This document shows positions 1 through 12,705 of a stretch of 64,000 bases of DNA, one piece after another. The translations under genes were made by a program, and so were the position numbers. The stretch covers positions 8,618,001 to 8,682,000 of the forward strand of contig NC_086098.1 of assembly GCF_963921235.1 (NCBI RefSeq), written 5' to 3'. This stretch comes from Mobula hypostoma. Lineage: Eukaryota. Each line of letters opens with the position of its first letter. Within the stretch, counting starts at the first letter, position 1. The notes beneath the pieces are model-generated. The model had not been told where the DNA came from and ran no database searches. It saw only the letters and a program-made list of their open reading frames with translations.

Positions 1-280
1 TCGAAATGCTGTTCAAATTCATTTTGTGGAATGACTGAAACAACCAAGCCAGTGTCCAATTCCATTTTAATTAATTTGCCATTTTCTTCTGATGTAAGCC
101 ATATTGCTTGTCTCTGGTTAGTTTTCACATTGTAAGTTTCAAGGATACTCATTCCTGTGTCACTCTCATTGTTATCAGATTTTTTTCATCAATAGCATGC
201 AGATTAGTACTCTTTTTGAAACTGCAGCTTTACTTCTTACCTTTATCTCATCTCCATTTATTTTTGTCTGCCTGACATAC
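1..280 (-). mobile_element. Gypsy LTR retrotransposon, gag-protease junction and aspartyl protease remnant
   Basis: Minus strand reads IKMELDTGLVVSVIPQNEFEQHF (retropepsin DTG motif near 48-60); collinear with gag pieces at 956-1275 and 5290-5640. Confidence 0.8.
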
Positions 281-287
281 AAAGGAG

Positions 288-958
288 GGGAGGAGAAGAT
301 GGCTGTGCGATGCAGCGCGCGCGGCCGCTCCGGAATGATATCGGTATTTGTTAAGTAGGTACCGTGCACAATCCTGATTTGATGGAGGCAGTCGTGAGAA
401 GCATGGAGGAACATCAGGAGAAACTTCTGAAATGCCCGCTTGGCTGCCGCTGCTACTGTGCGATCGAGAATATCCGGAGGGGAAGGCCCCAAATCCTCGG
501 CTTTGCCTATTGCTTGGCAGCCGGGGCCAGGATCGATGCGCTTGGCAGAGATGGCGCTCGGTGTCGGGGGGCTGGTCGGAGGCTCGAAGTTTTCGGACAG
601 ACTCAAGAGTAGGCTGTGGTCAGGTGCTTCCAGGGTGCTGCATCGGCAAGTTTGCAGCGCCGGACGCTCATGGCAGAGAGAGTTTTTTTTCCTTCTACCA
701 TCTACGTGAGATGATGGGACTTTTGAGAGACTTTGAGACTTTTTTTACTGTGCCCATGGTCTGGTCTTTATCAAATTACGGTATTGGTTTGCACTGTTGT
801 AACTATATGTTATAATTATGTGTTTTTTGTCAGTTTTTCAGTCTTGGTTTGTCTTGTGTTTCTGTGATATCATACTGGAGAAACATTGTATCATTTCTTA
901 ATGTGTGCATTACTAAATGACAATAAAAGAGGACTGCGTGTCCTCATAATCTAATCTA
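288..958 (+). mobile_element. Non-autonomous ~670-bp retroelement (GGAGGAGAAGATGGC head, LINE-like tail), copy 1
   Basis: Homologous to 13590-14270 (-), 40500-40875 (+) and 13265-13402 (-); ends ATGACAATAAAAGAGGAC...CTAATCTAATCTA; interrupts the Gypsy gag-pro region. Confidence 0.75.
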
Positions 959-1275
959 TACTATTTGTATCTGACCAACTTTGTTGCATTTTCTGCAAGT
1001 TTCACCTTTAAACCTGCAGTGGTCTGGTGTATGTGAGCCACTGCCACAATGGTAACACAAATTATTCAGCCTGGCATGTTTCTGCTCAGATATTGCAATT
1101 TTGTTCACACTCACTTTTATTCCTGACTGCAACTCAATTGCATCTCTGTCTGCTGTTTCCACTGATACAGTGATTTCAACTGCTCCTTTAAATGTGGGTT
1201 GTGCTTCAGTTAGGAATCGTTTTTGAATGCCTTCTTGTAAGATTCCACAAACTAAACAGTCTCTCAGTGCATTCC
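956..1275 (-). mobile_element. Gypsy gag C-terminus with CCHC zinc knuckle
   Basis: CYHCGSGSHTPDHC followed by a degenerate second knuckle CRKCNKVGQI. Confidence 0.8.
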
Positions 1276-4200
1276 CGTCAGATCGCCGGCAGGTGGGAAG
1301 AGTGGGCTACCTCACATCTGCCCCTCTGACCCTCCACACAGGAGCCCCTCAGGACTGTGTACTAAGTCCCCTCCTTTACTCCCTGTATACCCATGACTGT
1401 GTTGCTACCCACAGCTCTAATCTGCTAACTAAATTTGCCAACTTCACAACATTGATTGGCCTAATCTCAAATAATATTAACATGGCTTACAGGTAAGAAG
1501 TTATCTCTCTGACACAGTGGTATCAAGAAAGCAACCCCTCCCTCAATGTTGCAAAAACAAAGGAGCTGGTTGTGAACTACAGGAGGAATGGAGACAGGTT
1601 AACCCCTATAGACATCAATGGATCTGGGGTTGATAGGGTGAACAGCTTTAAATTCCTCAGCATATCACCGGGATCTCCTTTTTAAATCTTTTTATTGAAT
1701 AAGTATACAAAAAGGTAAGCCATATAGGCACTAATACACTGTTAGAATATAATAAAATTACAGGAGATATTAATACAGAAACAAAATGATACAAACAATG
1801 TAATTTAAACATAACATACTAAGGTAACATAATAGTATACTAATTTATATATATATATATATATCAATAGAGAAAAGGGGGGAAAAACCCCAAAAAAAAC
1901 CCCCACTGTGCAACTAAGCTAAAAGCAAAGCAAAGCAATGGGCTAACTTGGAACCAAGTAGAGTTAAAGAACTTAAAATCACGTCCTCAAACCCGACCTC
2001 CATTAAAAACAGTAAAAAAAAAACAAGAAGGGTATATAAATATGGAACAAAAAAGAGAAGAAACAAAATTACATTAAATGAAAATATTGAATAAAAGATC
2101 TCCAGGTCTGTTCAAATTTAAGTGAGGAATCATAAAGATTGCTTCTAATTTTCTCCAAATTCAAGCATAATATCATCTGAGAAAACCAAAAAAAGGTAGT
2201 TGGAGCATTAAGCTCTTTCCAATGTTGTAAGATACATCTTTTCGCCATTAAAGTAAGAAATGCAATCATTCTACGGGCTGAAGGAGAAAGATTACTGGAA
2301 ATTTTAGGTAGTCCAAAGATAGCAGTAATAGTGTGAGGAGAGATATCTATATTCAATACCTTTGAGATAATATTAAAAATGTCTCTCCGATAAGTTTCCA
2401 GAGTAGGACAAGACCAAAACATTTGAGTTAAAGAGGCTATCTGCCCCGGACATCTATCACAAAAAGGATTAATATGAGAATAAAAGCGAGCTAATTTATC
2501 TTTGGACATATGTGCTCTATGAACAACTTTAAATTGAATTAGGGAATGTTTAGCACAGATAGAGGAAGTATTGACTAATTGTAAAATCTGCCCCCAGTCA
2601 TCCACGGAAATGATAGAACCCAATTCCTGTTCCCAATCTACCCTAATCTTATCAAATGGAGTTTTCCTAAGTTTCATAATAATATTATAAATCATAGCCG
2701 ATGCACCTTTCTGACATGGATTAAGGTTAATAATAGTATCTAAAATATATGTAGGAGGAAGCATTGGAAAGGAAGAAAGTATAGTACTTAGGAAATTTCT
2801 AACTTGTAGATATCTAAAAAAATGTATTCTTGATAAATTATATTTATTAGATAATTGTTCAAGACATAAGGGAACCATCTAAAAATAAATCCAAAAACCG
2901 TGAAATACCCTTAGTCTTCCAAATTTGAAAAGCACGATCCGTAAAAGAGGGAGGAAAAAATACGTTACCTAAAATAGGAATCGCTAGCCCAAATTGGTTA
3001 AGATCAAAAAATTTTCTGAATTGAAACCAAATACGTAGGGTATATTTAACTATCGGGTTAGAGACCTGTTTGAGGCGTTTCAAATCAAAAGGAAGAGAGG
3101 AACCTAAAATAGAGCCAAGTGTATAGCCCTGAACAGATTGTAATTCCAATGCTACCCATTTAGGAATGGATAGTATATCCTGGTCAAGTAATCAAAATTT
3201 CATATGTCGAATATTAATTGCCCAATAGTAGAATCTAAAGTTAGGTAATGCAAAACCTCCATCTCTCTTAGCTTTCTGTAAATGTATTTTACCCAGTCTC
3301 GGGTTTTTATTTTGCCAAATAAATGAAGAAATTTTTGAGTCAACTTTATCAAAAAAAGATTTTGGAACAAAAATCAGTAATGCCTGAAATATATATAAAA
3401 ATTTTGGCAGAAAAAGCATCTTAACTGCATTAATACGGCCAATCAAAGTTAAATATAATGGAAACCATTTAGATGAAAGTTGAATAATATGGTCAATTAA
3501 GGGTAAAAAGTTAATCTTAAATAAATCTTTGTGTTTACAAGTAATTTTAATCCCAATATATGAAAAATAATTATAAATCAATTTAAACGGAAAGTTATGA
3601 TATAAGGGAAGTTGTTTATTAATCGGGAAAAGTTCACTCTTACTAAGATTTAATTTATAACCTGAAAAAAGACTAAATTGTGCTAATAACTCTAAAACAG
3701 CAGGGATGGATTTTTGAGGATTAGAAATATATAAAAGTAAGTCATCAGCATAGAGTGATATTTTATGGGACTTTAAGCCCCGAGTTATCCCAGTAATATT
3801 TGGAGATTCTCGAATGGCAATTGCAAGAGTTTCTAATGCAATATCAAATAATAAAGAACTAAGAGGACAACCTTGTCGAGTACCTCGAAAAAGAGGGGAA
3901 AAAAGTGAGCTTAAAGAGTTAGTACGGACCGTGGCCACAGGAGAATGATATAACAGTTTGATCCAGGATATAAATTTCGAGCTAAAATTAAACATTTCAA
4001 GCACCTTAAATAAGTAAGGCCATTCTACTCTATCAGAAGCTTTCTCAGCATCTAAAGAGATAACACACTCAGGAACATTTTGTGAGGGGGTATAAACAAT
4101 ATTTAATAGTGTGTGAATGTTATAAAAAGAGTAACGACCTTTAATAAAACCCAATTGGTCTTCCGAAATAATAAAAGGAAGTACTTTTTCTAATCTGTTT

Positions 4201-5290
4201 GCTAATAACTTAGAAAAAATTTTAGAATCAACATTTAATAAAGATATTGGTCTATAAGATGCACATTGAGCAGGATCTTTATCCTTCTTTAATATTAGAG
4301 AGATTGACGCTCTATTGAAAGATTCGGGAAGTTTACCAAGTTTTAATGAAGCCTCGAAAACCCTACAGATCCAAGGGATTAATGAAGGTGCAAAACATTT
4401 ATAAAATTCTGCGGTAAACCCATCAGGGCCAGGAGCTTTCCCCAGGTTCATACAGGAAATAACATTCTTAATCTCATCAGTGGCAATGGGAGTATCTAGC
4501 ATAGAAGACATATCCTGTGAAATCTCAGGGAAGTCTAGGTTATCTAAAAAATCACTCATATATTTAGAGTCTCGAGGAGACTCTGATTGATATAAGGAAG
4601 AATAAAAATCAAAGAAGGTTTGATTAATCCCCGCATGATCAAGTATCAGTCGATCATTTTGATTATAAATCTGATTAATTTGAGATTTAGCATAATATCA
4701 CCAGGATCTCACATGGTCCATACATACTGACTGTGTGGTGTAAAAGGCACAACAGCACCTTTTTCACCTCAGACAGTTGAAGAAGTTTGGTATAGCTCCC
4801 CAAGTTCTAAGAATTTTCTATAGGGACACACTTGAGAGCATCCTGACTGACTGCATCACCTCCTGGTATGGGAACTGTACTTCCCTCAATCGCAGGACTC
4901 TGCAGAGAGTGGTACAGACAGCCTAGCGCATCTGTAGATATGACCTTCCCACTATTCAGGACATTTACAAAGACAGGTGTGTAAAAAGGGCCCAAAGGAT
5001 CATCGGGGAGTCACTCCAACCACAAACTGTTTCAGCTGCCACCATTCGGGAAACGGTACTGCAGCATAAAAGCCAGGACCAACAGGCTCCGGGACAGCTT
5101 CTTCCACCAGGCCATCAGACTGCTTAATTCATGCTGTCACAACTGTATTTCTATGTTATATTGACTGTCCTGTTGTACATAGTATTTATTATAGATTGCT
5201 ATAGTAGAACATTGCACATTTGAACGGAGACAGAGCGTAAAGATTTTTACTCCTCTTGTATTTGAAGGATGTAAGTAATAAAATCAATTT
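1275..5290 (+). mobile_element. Rex1/Babar LINE 3' fragment split by an L1 (pieces 1275-1677 and 4695-5290)
   Basis: [22 protein letters not shown] motif; sequence resumes in register after the L1; AATAAA-containing tail near 5280. Confidence 0.75.
1678..4694 (-). mobile_element. 5'-truncated L1-clade LINE (ORF2 RT and C-terminal domain, disrupted; 3' UTR)
   Basis: KAPGPDGF, YRPISLLN, GTRQGCPLS and LYADD motifs in 3192-4559; C-terminal CDRC-containing domain in 2069-2878; AATAAA and A-rich end at ~1680-1697; 16-bp TSD ATATCACC(G/A)GGATCTC at 1662-1677 and 4695-4710. Confidence 0.9.
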
Positions 5291-6116
5291 AATTATTAAG
5301 CCTATCACTGAACTGACAGTGCTCGAACAATTTCTTCAATTCAGTCATGTAAGTAGAAATGGACTCCCCTTCCTTTTGATTCTGCTTATTAAACCTAGAG
5401 CATTCTGGAATCAACAATGGTTTCAGATGTAAAATTTCCTAAATTACATTCATGATATCAGCAAAACACATTTAAGCAAACCATATGCTTTTCCACATAT
5501 TGGGCTCAGTAACACTAGCACTTGCTTTTCATTGGCTATTTCACTTGCTTTAAGATATTGCTCAATTCATTCAGTATATATCAGCTAGATATCTGTTGTG
5601 CATTCAAACACACCTATTTTTCTGATATAGCCAGCCAGTTCTGTATATTTATTCATTTATCTATTATCGCTCAGTACTCACTGTTTATGAACCCGTGAAT
5701 TTCATCTATTTTCAGCCCTTTTTTTTAACTCAACTGTCTTTTCCTTTTCTGAAAAAAAACACATGCTGTGCTTTTTTTTGATCTCTAAAGTCTCACTCTC
5801 CCCCCTTCGATGAAAAATCTGGGCTGCCCTTCAACAGATAGGTAGTCATCTCAGGTTAGTTTTAAAACTTACTCATCGCCACTTTTATGCTTTGTACTCC
5901 AGAAACTAATCAAAAGAAAAACGCGGGAGACGTGATGAACTTGTCCACTTAGTTTTTTACTTTAGAGAGATGCTGACAAACGAAGTGGTGGCGTAATGAC
6001 ATATGCCATTCATATGCTTCTTACATATTACCCGTAATGAATTATGTAAGCAAATACTTAACCAAACAGTATATTTGCAATATTATTCAAATATTACTGA
6101 AATATTAAATACAGCA
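5290..6116 (-). mobile_element. Gypsy 5' end: LTR (~5883-6116), PBS (~5871-5881), gag N-terminus (5640-5290)
   Basis: TGGCGATGAG PBS-like motif next to a ~230-bp LTR-like block; gag AGYIRKIGVFE..IEQYLKASEIANEKQV with stops. Confidence 0.65.
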
Positions 6117-6359
6117 TACTACAGTTGTGCTGGTTGAACAAGCATCTCCTTATCAAACAGGATGATATAAATGGTACAAAGGGGCAGGTTCTACAAAGCA
6201 ATTTGTCAGGTGTGAGATTTCTGGGAGAGTTGAGGTTGGGTGTAGAGAGAGGGGAGGAGGAAGCTAAAAGATGATTTCATGTACCATCATATGTCATAAT
6301 AGTTGCAATTGTGTAGCACAGCAGCAAGTCCGAGACACAGGAGGTTTGGCAGCTGATGG

Positions 6360-6590
6360 AAAACGAGCAAGACACACAAAATGCTGCAGGAACTCATCAG
6401 GTCAGGTAGCATCTGCGGAGGGGAATGAACAGTCGATGTTTAGGGCTGATATGCTTCATCAGGACGAGAAAGAAAAGAGGTAGTCACCAGAATAAGGAAA
6501 GGAAGAGATTGTTTAAATGTAATCTATTCCTTTCCCTCCAGAGATGCTGCCTGACCTGGTGAGTTCCTCCAGCATTTTTGTGTATTGCTA
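6360..6590. mobile_element. Old PLE terminus fragments in inverted orientation
   Basis: 6360-6480 (-) and 6520-6590 (+) resemble the PLE 3' end (GATGCTGCCTGACCTG..GAGTTCCTCCAGC) with a decayed CTGATGA ribozyme core. Confidence 0.6.
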
Positions 6591-6778
6591 CAGGTACAAG
6601 TCCATTGATCATCATGTCCCTCTCAGCCATCAAAAGCTCACCACACTATTTTCCAACATTCTGCATGTAGTCTTCTATGTCTTGATAATTCAAATACTCA
6701 TCTTGATAAGATGCGAGAGTCTCTACCTCCATCATAGCCTCAGAACATTCCAAAATCCAAACCTTCTGGGTAAAAAAA

Positions 6779-6781
<3 letters not shown>

Positions 6782-6816
<35 letters not shown>
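6782..6816. repeat. (TG)n microsatellite
   Basis: Direct inspection. Confidence 0.95.
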
Positions 6817-6822
<6 letters not shown>

Positions 6823-7149
6823 CTATCAATCTATCAATCCCATCTATTTCTTCTCACATCTTAAGACTAAGCACTTGGGTATTAGACTCCTCTGCCAAGC
6901 TTTAATCTCAGCTTTATTCAAAAACAAATCCAGTTTCATCTAGTCACTCTTCACAGATGGCTACAGGGTACAGGTTGATGAAAATAGGCAGTTTAAATGG
7001 TTCAGCGTGGACTAGATGGGCTGAAGGGCCTGCTTCTGTGCTGTACTTTTCTATGACTCTGTGAAAGTCTTCACCCCAGGCAACAAACTGGTGAATATGC
7101 TCTATATCCTCCCCTGTTACTTCCTCAGAATTTTTTTTGTTTGTGATAG

Positions 7150-7730
7150 ACCACTTGAAGCTAAACACAAATATAATTTCTAAATACTTGTATCACCTGG
7201 GAATTTGGAGAAACAAGGAATTAACTTTTATTGAATATAATGTGTTTGTTGCATAATAGTGCTGATACTTTGCAATAGTTCAACAAAGCTAAAAATGTTT
7301 TGGTGATGATTTTCGTTTGTACTCAGTGTCTGAGGCTTCTCGCTTAAGTGTCCAGCAATAATCAGCCAACATTGATGGATTCCAGTTGCTCTGAATGCAT
7401 TATTTCTCCATCGTCACAAAATCTCAGTGAAATTTTTCACCATGTTCAGTACTGACAGTGCCAAAATTTACAAGGAAAAATTCCAAACAGGAGTGCAGAA
7501 AATGAATCTTCAGTGACATGTTGCACTTCATGGTTTTGATTGCTTGAAGTATGTTGTCAACCAGCTGCACATAGCTCTGTAGATGCCAAGAACATTTTCA
7601 ACAATATCCTTCAAAGTCTTCCATGCGATTTTCTCTGGTCTCACTAGAAATTCTTCAAATCACCTGTCATTAATGACCTGTTTGATTTGTGGACCAACAA
7701 AAAATGCCTCCTTTAATCTTGGCAGCAGCT
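7150..7730 (-). mobile_element. DNA transposase C-terminal relic, probably CMC-Chapaev3 type
   Basis: KEAFFVGPQIKQVINDR, MKCNMSLKIHFLHS and AVS.EHGE.FH motifs with stops and frameshifts; superfamily assigned from recall. Confidence 0.55.
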
Positions 7731-8349
7731 TTTCTGAATTGAAAAAACAAATATGGGCAATATCAAAAGATAGTGTGCAATATGGAAATTCCATAGTGAT
7801 TTTCATGATCAGCAGCCCAAAATCCATAAGATACAGCCAAAAGTATTCAGGAAGCAAAATCTTTGTTGTCCAGTGTAATTGGGACCAATCAATTCAATTG
7901 GAATGGAGAATAGGAGAAATCCCTTTGAGGTGGTTTCTGGAATTTGAATAAGTTGGGCTTCTAGATTGTAACCATAATTGTCCCTATGCAAATAAATTAA
8001 TACATTTGGAGGTAGCCAAATTTTGAGATGATTAATGAAACTCCAATAGTACAGACCTGTGGGATCTTAGAAATTCTAGACCAGCAATTTTTTTGGATTA
8101 TTGAATATTACTCCTATCAATAGTTAAGCACATTATTATTATTTCATTGTTTCCCCCATTTATTCAAGTAAGTTTAAAGGAAACAAGAAATTTATAAATG
8201 CCCAGAATCCCCAGCTCTGTCCACAAACCTACCCACGTTCCCAATGCCTGGAATTCCAAACCTCCAACCCTGGGTTCCAGTTGCACAGCTAGCCTACTTT
8301 TTGGAGGATGGTCAGGGTCAGATTTCAGATCCTATCTCCCAAGCTCTGA

Positions 8350-9180
8350 TTGCATGAGAAAATCTGCAAATGCTGGAAATCCAAAGCAACACTCACAAAA
8401 TGTTCGAGGAACTCAGCAGGACAGGCAGTATCTATGGAAAAGAGTAAATAATCGACCTTTTGCGCCAAGACCTTTCATGAGGACTGGAAAAGAGGGGAAG
8501 AAGTCAGAACAAGAAAGTGCAGGGAGGTGAGGACTAAGTACAAGATAGCAGTTGATAGGTGAAACAGAAAGAAGGGGAGGGGTGAAGTAAAGAGCTGAGA
8601 AGGTGATTGGTGAAGGAAATAAAGAGCTGGAGAAGGGGAAATCTGATAATAGAGGACAGAAAACAATGGAAGAAAGTGAAAGTAGAGGAGCACCAGAGGG
8701 AGGTGATGGGCAGGTAAGGTGATAAGATGAGAGAGGGAAACAGGATTGGGAATGGTGAAGTAGGGGGTCAGGGATTGGCCATTAGTTTATCGATGTTTAT
8801 GCTATCAGGTTGGAGGCTACCCAGTTGGAAGATAAGGTATTGCTCTTCCAACCTGGCAGAATAGGAGGGCAAGGAATGACATGTCAGAATGGAAATGGGA
8901 AGTAGAATTGAAATGGGTGGCCACGAGGAAATCCCACTTTTTGTGGCAGATAGAGCAAAGGAACTTGACGAAGCGGTCTCCCAATCTACATCGGGTCTCA
9001 CCAATATACAGGAGGCCACACCAGGAGCACCAGATACAGTATATGTTCCCTACAGTATCACAGGTAAAGTGTTCGCCTCACCTGGAAGGACGGTTTGGGC
9101 CCTGAATGGTAGTGAGGGAGGAAGTGTAGAGGCAGGTGTGGCATTTGTTCCACTTGCAAGGATAAATACCAGAAGGAAGA
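8350..9180 (-). mobile_element. Older PLE 3' fragment (GIY-YIG end and terminus)
   Basis: RLEEQYLIFQLGSLQPDSINID matches the C-terminus of the 28117-30483 ORF. Confidence 0.8.
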
Positions 9181-9184
9181 TCTT

Positions 9185-10490
9185 CAATAGCTCTTTCTGC
9201 AATTGGATCCTTGACTTGTAGACCCTAACCAGTTAAGATTGGCAACAACATCTCCTCCATGTTCTCCATCATCAACACAGGTGCACCACAGGGCTGTGTG
9301 CTTAGCCCCCTATTCTACTCACTTAACATCTATAACTGTGTAGTGAAGCACAGTTCCAACGTCATATTCAAGTTTGCTGATGACACCACCCACTGCTGCT
9401 GTGTAAATCAACAATGGTGATGAATCAGCATACAATAGAGAGAGTGAAAATTTGGCTGAGTGGTGTCATAACTAAAAACCTCTCATTCAATGTCATCAAG
9501 ATCAAGGAACTGATTATAGACAAGGAGAAGGAAACCGAGCCCCATGAGCCAGTCCTCATTGGAGAATCAGAGGTGGAGAGGAGAGGGTTAGCAACTTTAA
9601 ATTCCTGGGTGTTACTAATTCAGGGGACTTGTCCACGAACCAGCATGTAAGTGCTATTGTGAAGAAAGCATGGCAGTGCCTCTGATTCCTCAGGAGTCTG
9701 TGGAGATTGGGCATGACATGTAATACTTTGACAAACTTCTATATCATGTGTGTCGGAGAGTATATTGACCGGCTGCATCACGGCCAGGTATGAAAACACC
9801 AATGCCTTTGAATGGAAAATCCTAAAAAAGGTAGTGGATTCAGCCCTGCACATCACAGGTAAAGCCCTCCTCACCATTCAGCACATCTATATGAAATGCT
9901 GTCATAGGAAAGCAGCACTTTATGCAGTCCTGGGTGTGTTTGTAGTCTAGTGTAGTTTTTATGTTGTTTTTACGTGGTTCAGTGTAGTTTTTGTATTGTT
10001 TCATGTAGTACCATGGTCCTGAAAAACGTTGTCTCGTTTTTATTGTGTACTGTACCAGCAGTTATGGTCAAAATGACAATAAAAAGTGACTTGACTTGAT
10101 ATACCCACCACCCAGATGATGCTCTCTTCTCACTCCCATCAGGTATAAGAGCCTCAGGACTCACATCACCAGGTTCAAGGACGGTTACTACCCCTCAACA
10201 ATCTGACTCTTGAATGAAAGAGAATAACTGCGCTCACTTGTCCCATCATTGAAATGCTCCCACCACCAATGATCTCACTTTAAGAACTCTTTATTTCGTG
10301 TTCTCATTATTTATTATTTATTTATATTTGTACTTGCACAGTTGGTTATCTTCTGCACTCTGGTTGATCTTTCATTGATCCTGTTATAGTTAATATTATA
10401 CAGATTTACTGAGCATGCCTGCAGGAAAATGAATCTCAGGGTTGTATATGGTGACATATATGTACTTTGATAAAAAATTTACTTTGAATG
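9185..10490 (+). mobile_element. Rex1/Babar LINE 3' fragment with a nested short tail insertion (~9920-10098)
   Basis: GAPQGCVLSP, KFADD and ESILTGCIT motifs; degenerate. Confidence 0.7.
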
Positions 10491-10634
10491 CAAATATTTT
10501 AACCTGAAAAAAATCAATTGGATCTTCTTTACAGGGGAAAATTCTCTAAGATGTCAAGATTTCAAGAGAAAGACCTTGATTATTAGTTAGGTTAGAACTC
10601 TCATCTGCTACCTTCAACATTTTTTATATTTCAT

Positions 10635-11075
10635 TTAAAGTTACAGCACAGAATAGACCCTTCCAGCTCTTCAAGCCGCACTGGCCAGCAACCCCCAACA
10701 ACCCAATTTAACCCTAATCAAGTCATAGGACAATTTACAAATATCAATTAACCTACCTGATATGCATATCATAGGACTGTGGTAGGAAACTGGAAAAGTT
10801 CCATGCATTCAACAGGGAGGTCATACAGAGACTCCTTACAGAGGACACTGGGACTGAGCTCCAAACTCTTACACACTAAGCTGTAATAGCATCGCACTAA
10901 TCACTACACTATTGTGATACCTGAAAATACAACATGCCATGATAGAGTAACATTATTACAGCTTTGGGTGTTCCGGACATCAGTGTTCAACTCCAGTGTC
11001 ATCTGTTAAGCATTTGTACATTCTCTCAAAGAACTGTATGGGTTTCCTCTGACTGCTTTGATTTCCTCCCACATT
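10635..11075. mobile_element. Two old tRNA-derived SINE copies, head to head (10635-10920 -, 10940-11075 +)
   Basis: Similar to the SINEs at 11520-11643/15458-15645, 51795-52055 and 55090-55202. Confidence 0.5.
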
Positions 11076-11884
11076 GTTATGCCCAAGATTGATTTCTTTT
11101 CTGTTGGCAAGTCAATTTCCATTACATTTGAGACGTGTAAATGACACAGGACCAGTTTTTAAGAACATTAAGTGGAAATATTTTCAATTGCTTGTTCAGC
11201 TTAAAAGGTTACCTCGAGGCTTTTCTAACCTTTAAATCTGCATTTTATGTGCCCCCTGAGAGCTTACTGATCTCATTTACATATATGTATGAAATCCAAC
11301 AGCCTAGTAGGTAATCACAAACAACAGAAAATTTGCAGATGCAGGGAATCCAAGCAACACACGCAAAATGCTGAAGGAACTCAGGAAGCCAGGCAGTATC
11401 TATGGAAAAAATTACAGTTGATGTTTCAGGCTGAGACACTTTGCGTGAGACTGAGATATATGGGGTACAACGAAGGTAATACTAAAACCGAGTATACCTG
11501 AAGACACAAAATGCAATTGGGCACTGTGGTGGAGTAGTGACTAATGTGGCATTATTACAGCTCGGGGCATTGCAGTTCAGAGTTCAATCCCAGTGCCGTC
11601 TGTTAGGAGTTTGTACATTCTCCCCATGAACCACATAGGTTTCTTCTCCTTCTTCTTGTGTTGTTTTATGGCGGTTGGCAAACCAGCTTTAAGGTGCATT
11701 ACCGCCACCTGCTGGACTTGTGGTGTTCCGATTTCAACCAAATATGTCCTGGAATACTGTACTTTAGACAATCTAGTTGAGCCTGCAGACACGAGGAATT
11801 CCGCAGATGCTGGAAATTCAAACAACACACATCAAAGTTGCTGGTGAACACAGCAGGTCAGGCAGCATCTCTAGGAAGAGGTAC

Positions 11885-11920
11885 AGTCGACGTTTCGAGC
11901 CGAGACCCTTCGTCAGGACT
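11885..11920 (-). ncRNA. Minimal type I hammerhead ribozyme motif (intact core)
   Basis: AGTC-CTGACGA-AGGGTCTCGGCTC-GAAAC-GTC-GACT: stem I AGTC/GACT, conserved CUGAnGA and GAAA, GUC site, palindromic ACGT stem III. Confidence 0.8.
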
Positions 11921-12669
11921 AACTGAAGGAAGAGCTAGTAAGAGATTTGAAAGTGGGAGGGGGAGGGGGAGATCCAAAATGATAGGAGAAGACAGGAGGG
12001 GGAGGAATGGAGCCAAGAGCTGGACAGGTGATTGGCAAAAGGGATATGAGAGGATCATGGGACAGGAGGCCCAGGGAGAAAGAAAAGGGGGAGGGGGGGA
12101 AAACCCAGAGGATGGGCAAGGAGTATATTCAGAGGGACAGAGGGAGAAAAAGGAGAGTGAAAGAAAGAACGTGTGTATATAAATAAATAACGGATGGGGT
12201 ACGAGGGGGAGGTGGGGCATTAGCAGAAGTTAGAGAAGTCAATGTTCATGCCATCAGGTTCATCCTCTACTGTAAAGATGAAGCCACACTCAGGTTGAAG
12301 GAATAACACCTTATATTCCGTCTGGGTAGCCTCCAACCTGATGGCAAGAACATTGACTTCTCTAACTTCCACTAATGCCCCACCTCCCCTTCGTACCCCA
12401 TCCGTTATTTATATACACACATTCTTTCTCTCTCTCTCCTTTTTCTCCCTCTGTCCCTCTCACTATACCCCTTGCCCATCTTCTGGGTTTTCCCCCCTCC
12501 CCCTTTTCTTTCTCCCTGGGCCTCCTGTCCCATGATCATCTCATATCCCTTTTGCCAATCACCTGTCCAGCTCTTGGCTCCATCCCTCCCCTTCCTGTCT
12601 TCTCCTATCATTTTGAATCTCCCCCTCCCCCTCCCACTTTTAAATCTCTTACTAGCTCTTTCTTCAGTT

Positions 12670-12705
12670 AGTCCTGACAAAGGGTCTCGGCCTGAAACGT
12701 CGACT
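12670..12705 (+). ncRNA. Minimal hammerhead motif, core variant CTGACAA
   Basis: AGTC-CTGACAA-AGGGTCTCGGCCT-GAAAC-GTC-GACT; G8 replaced by A, probably inactive. Confidence 0.65.
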
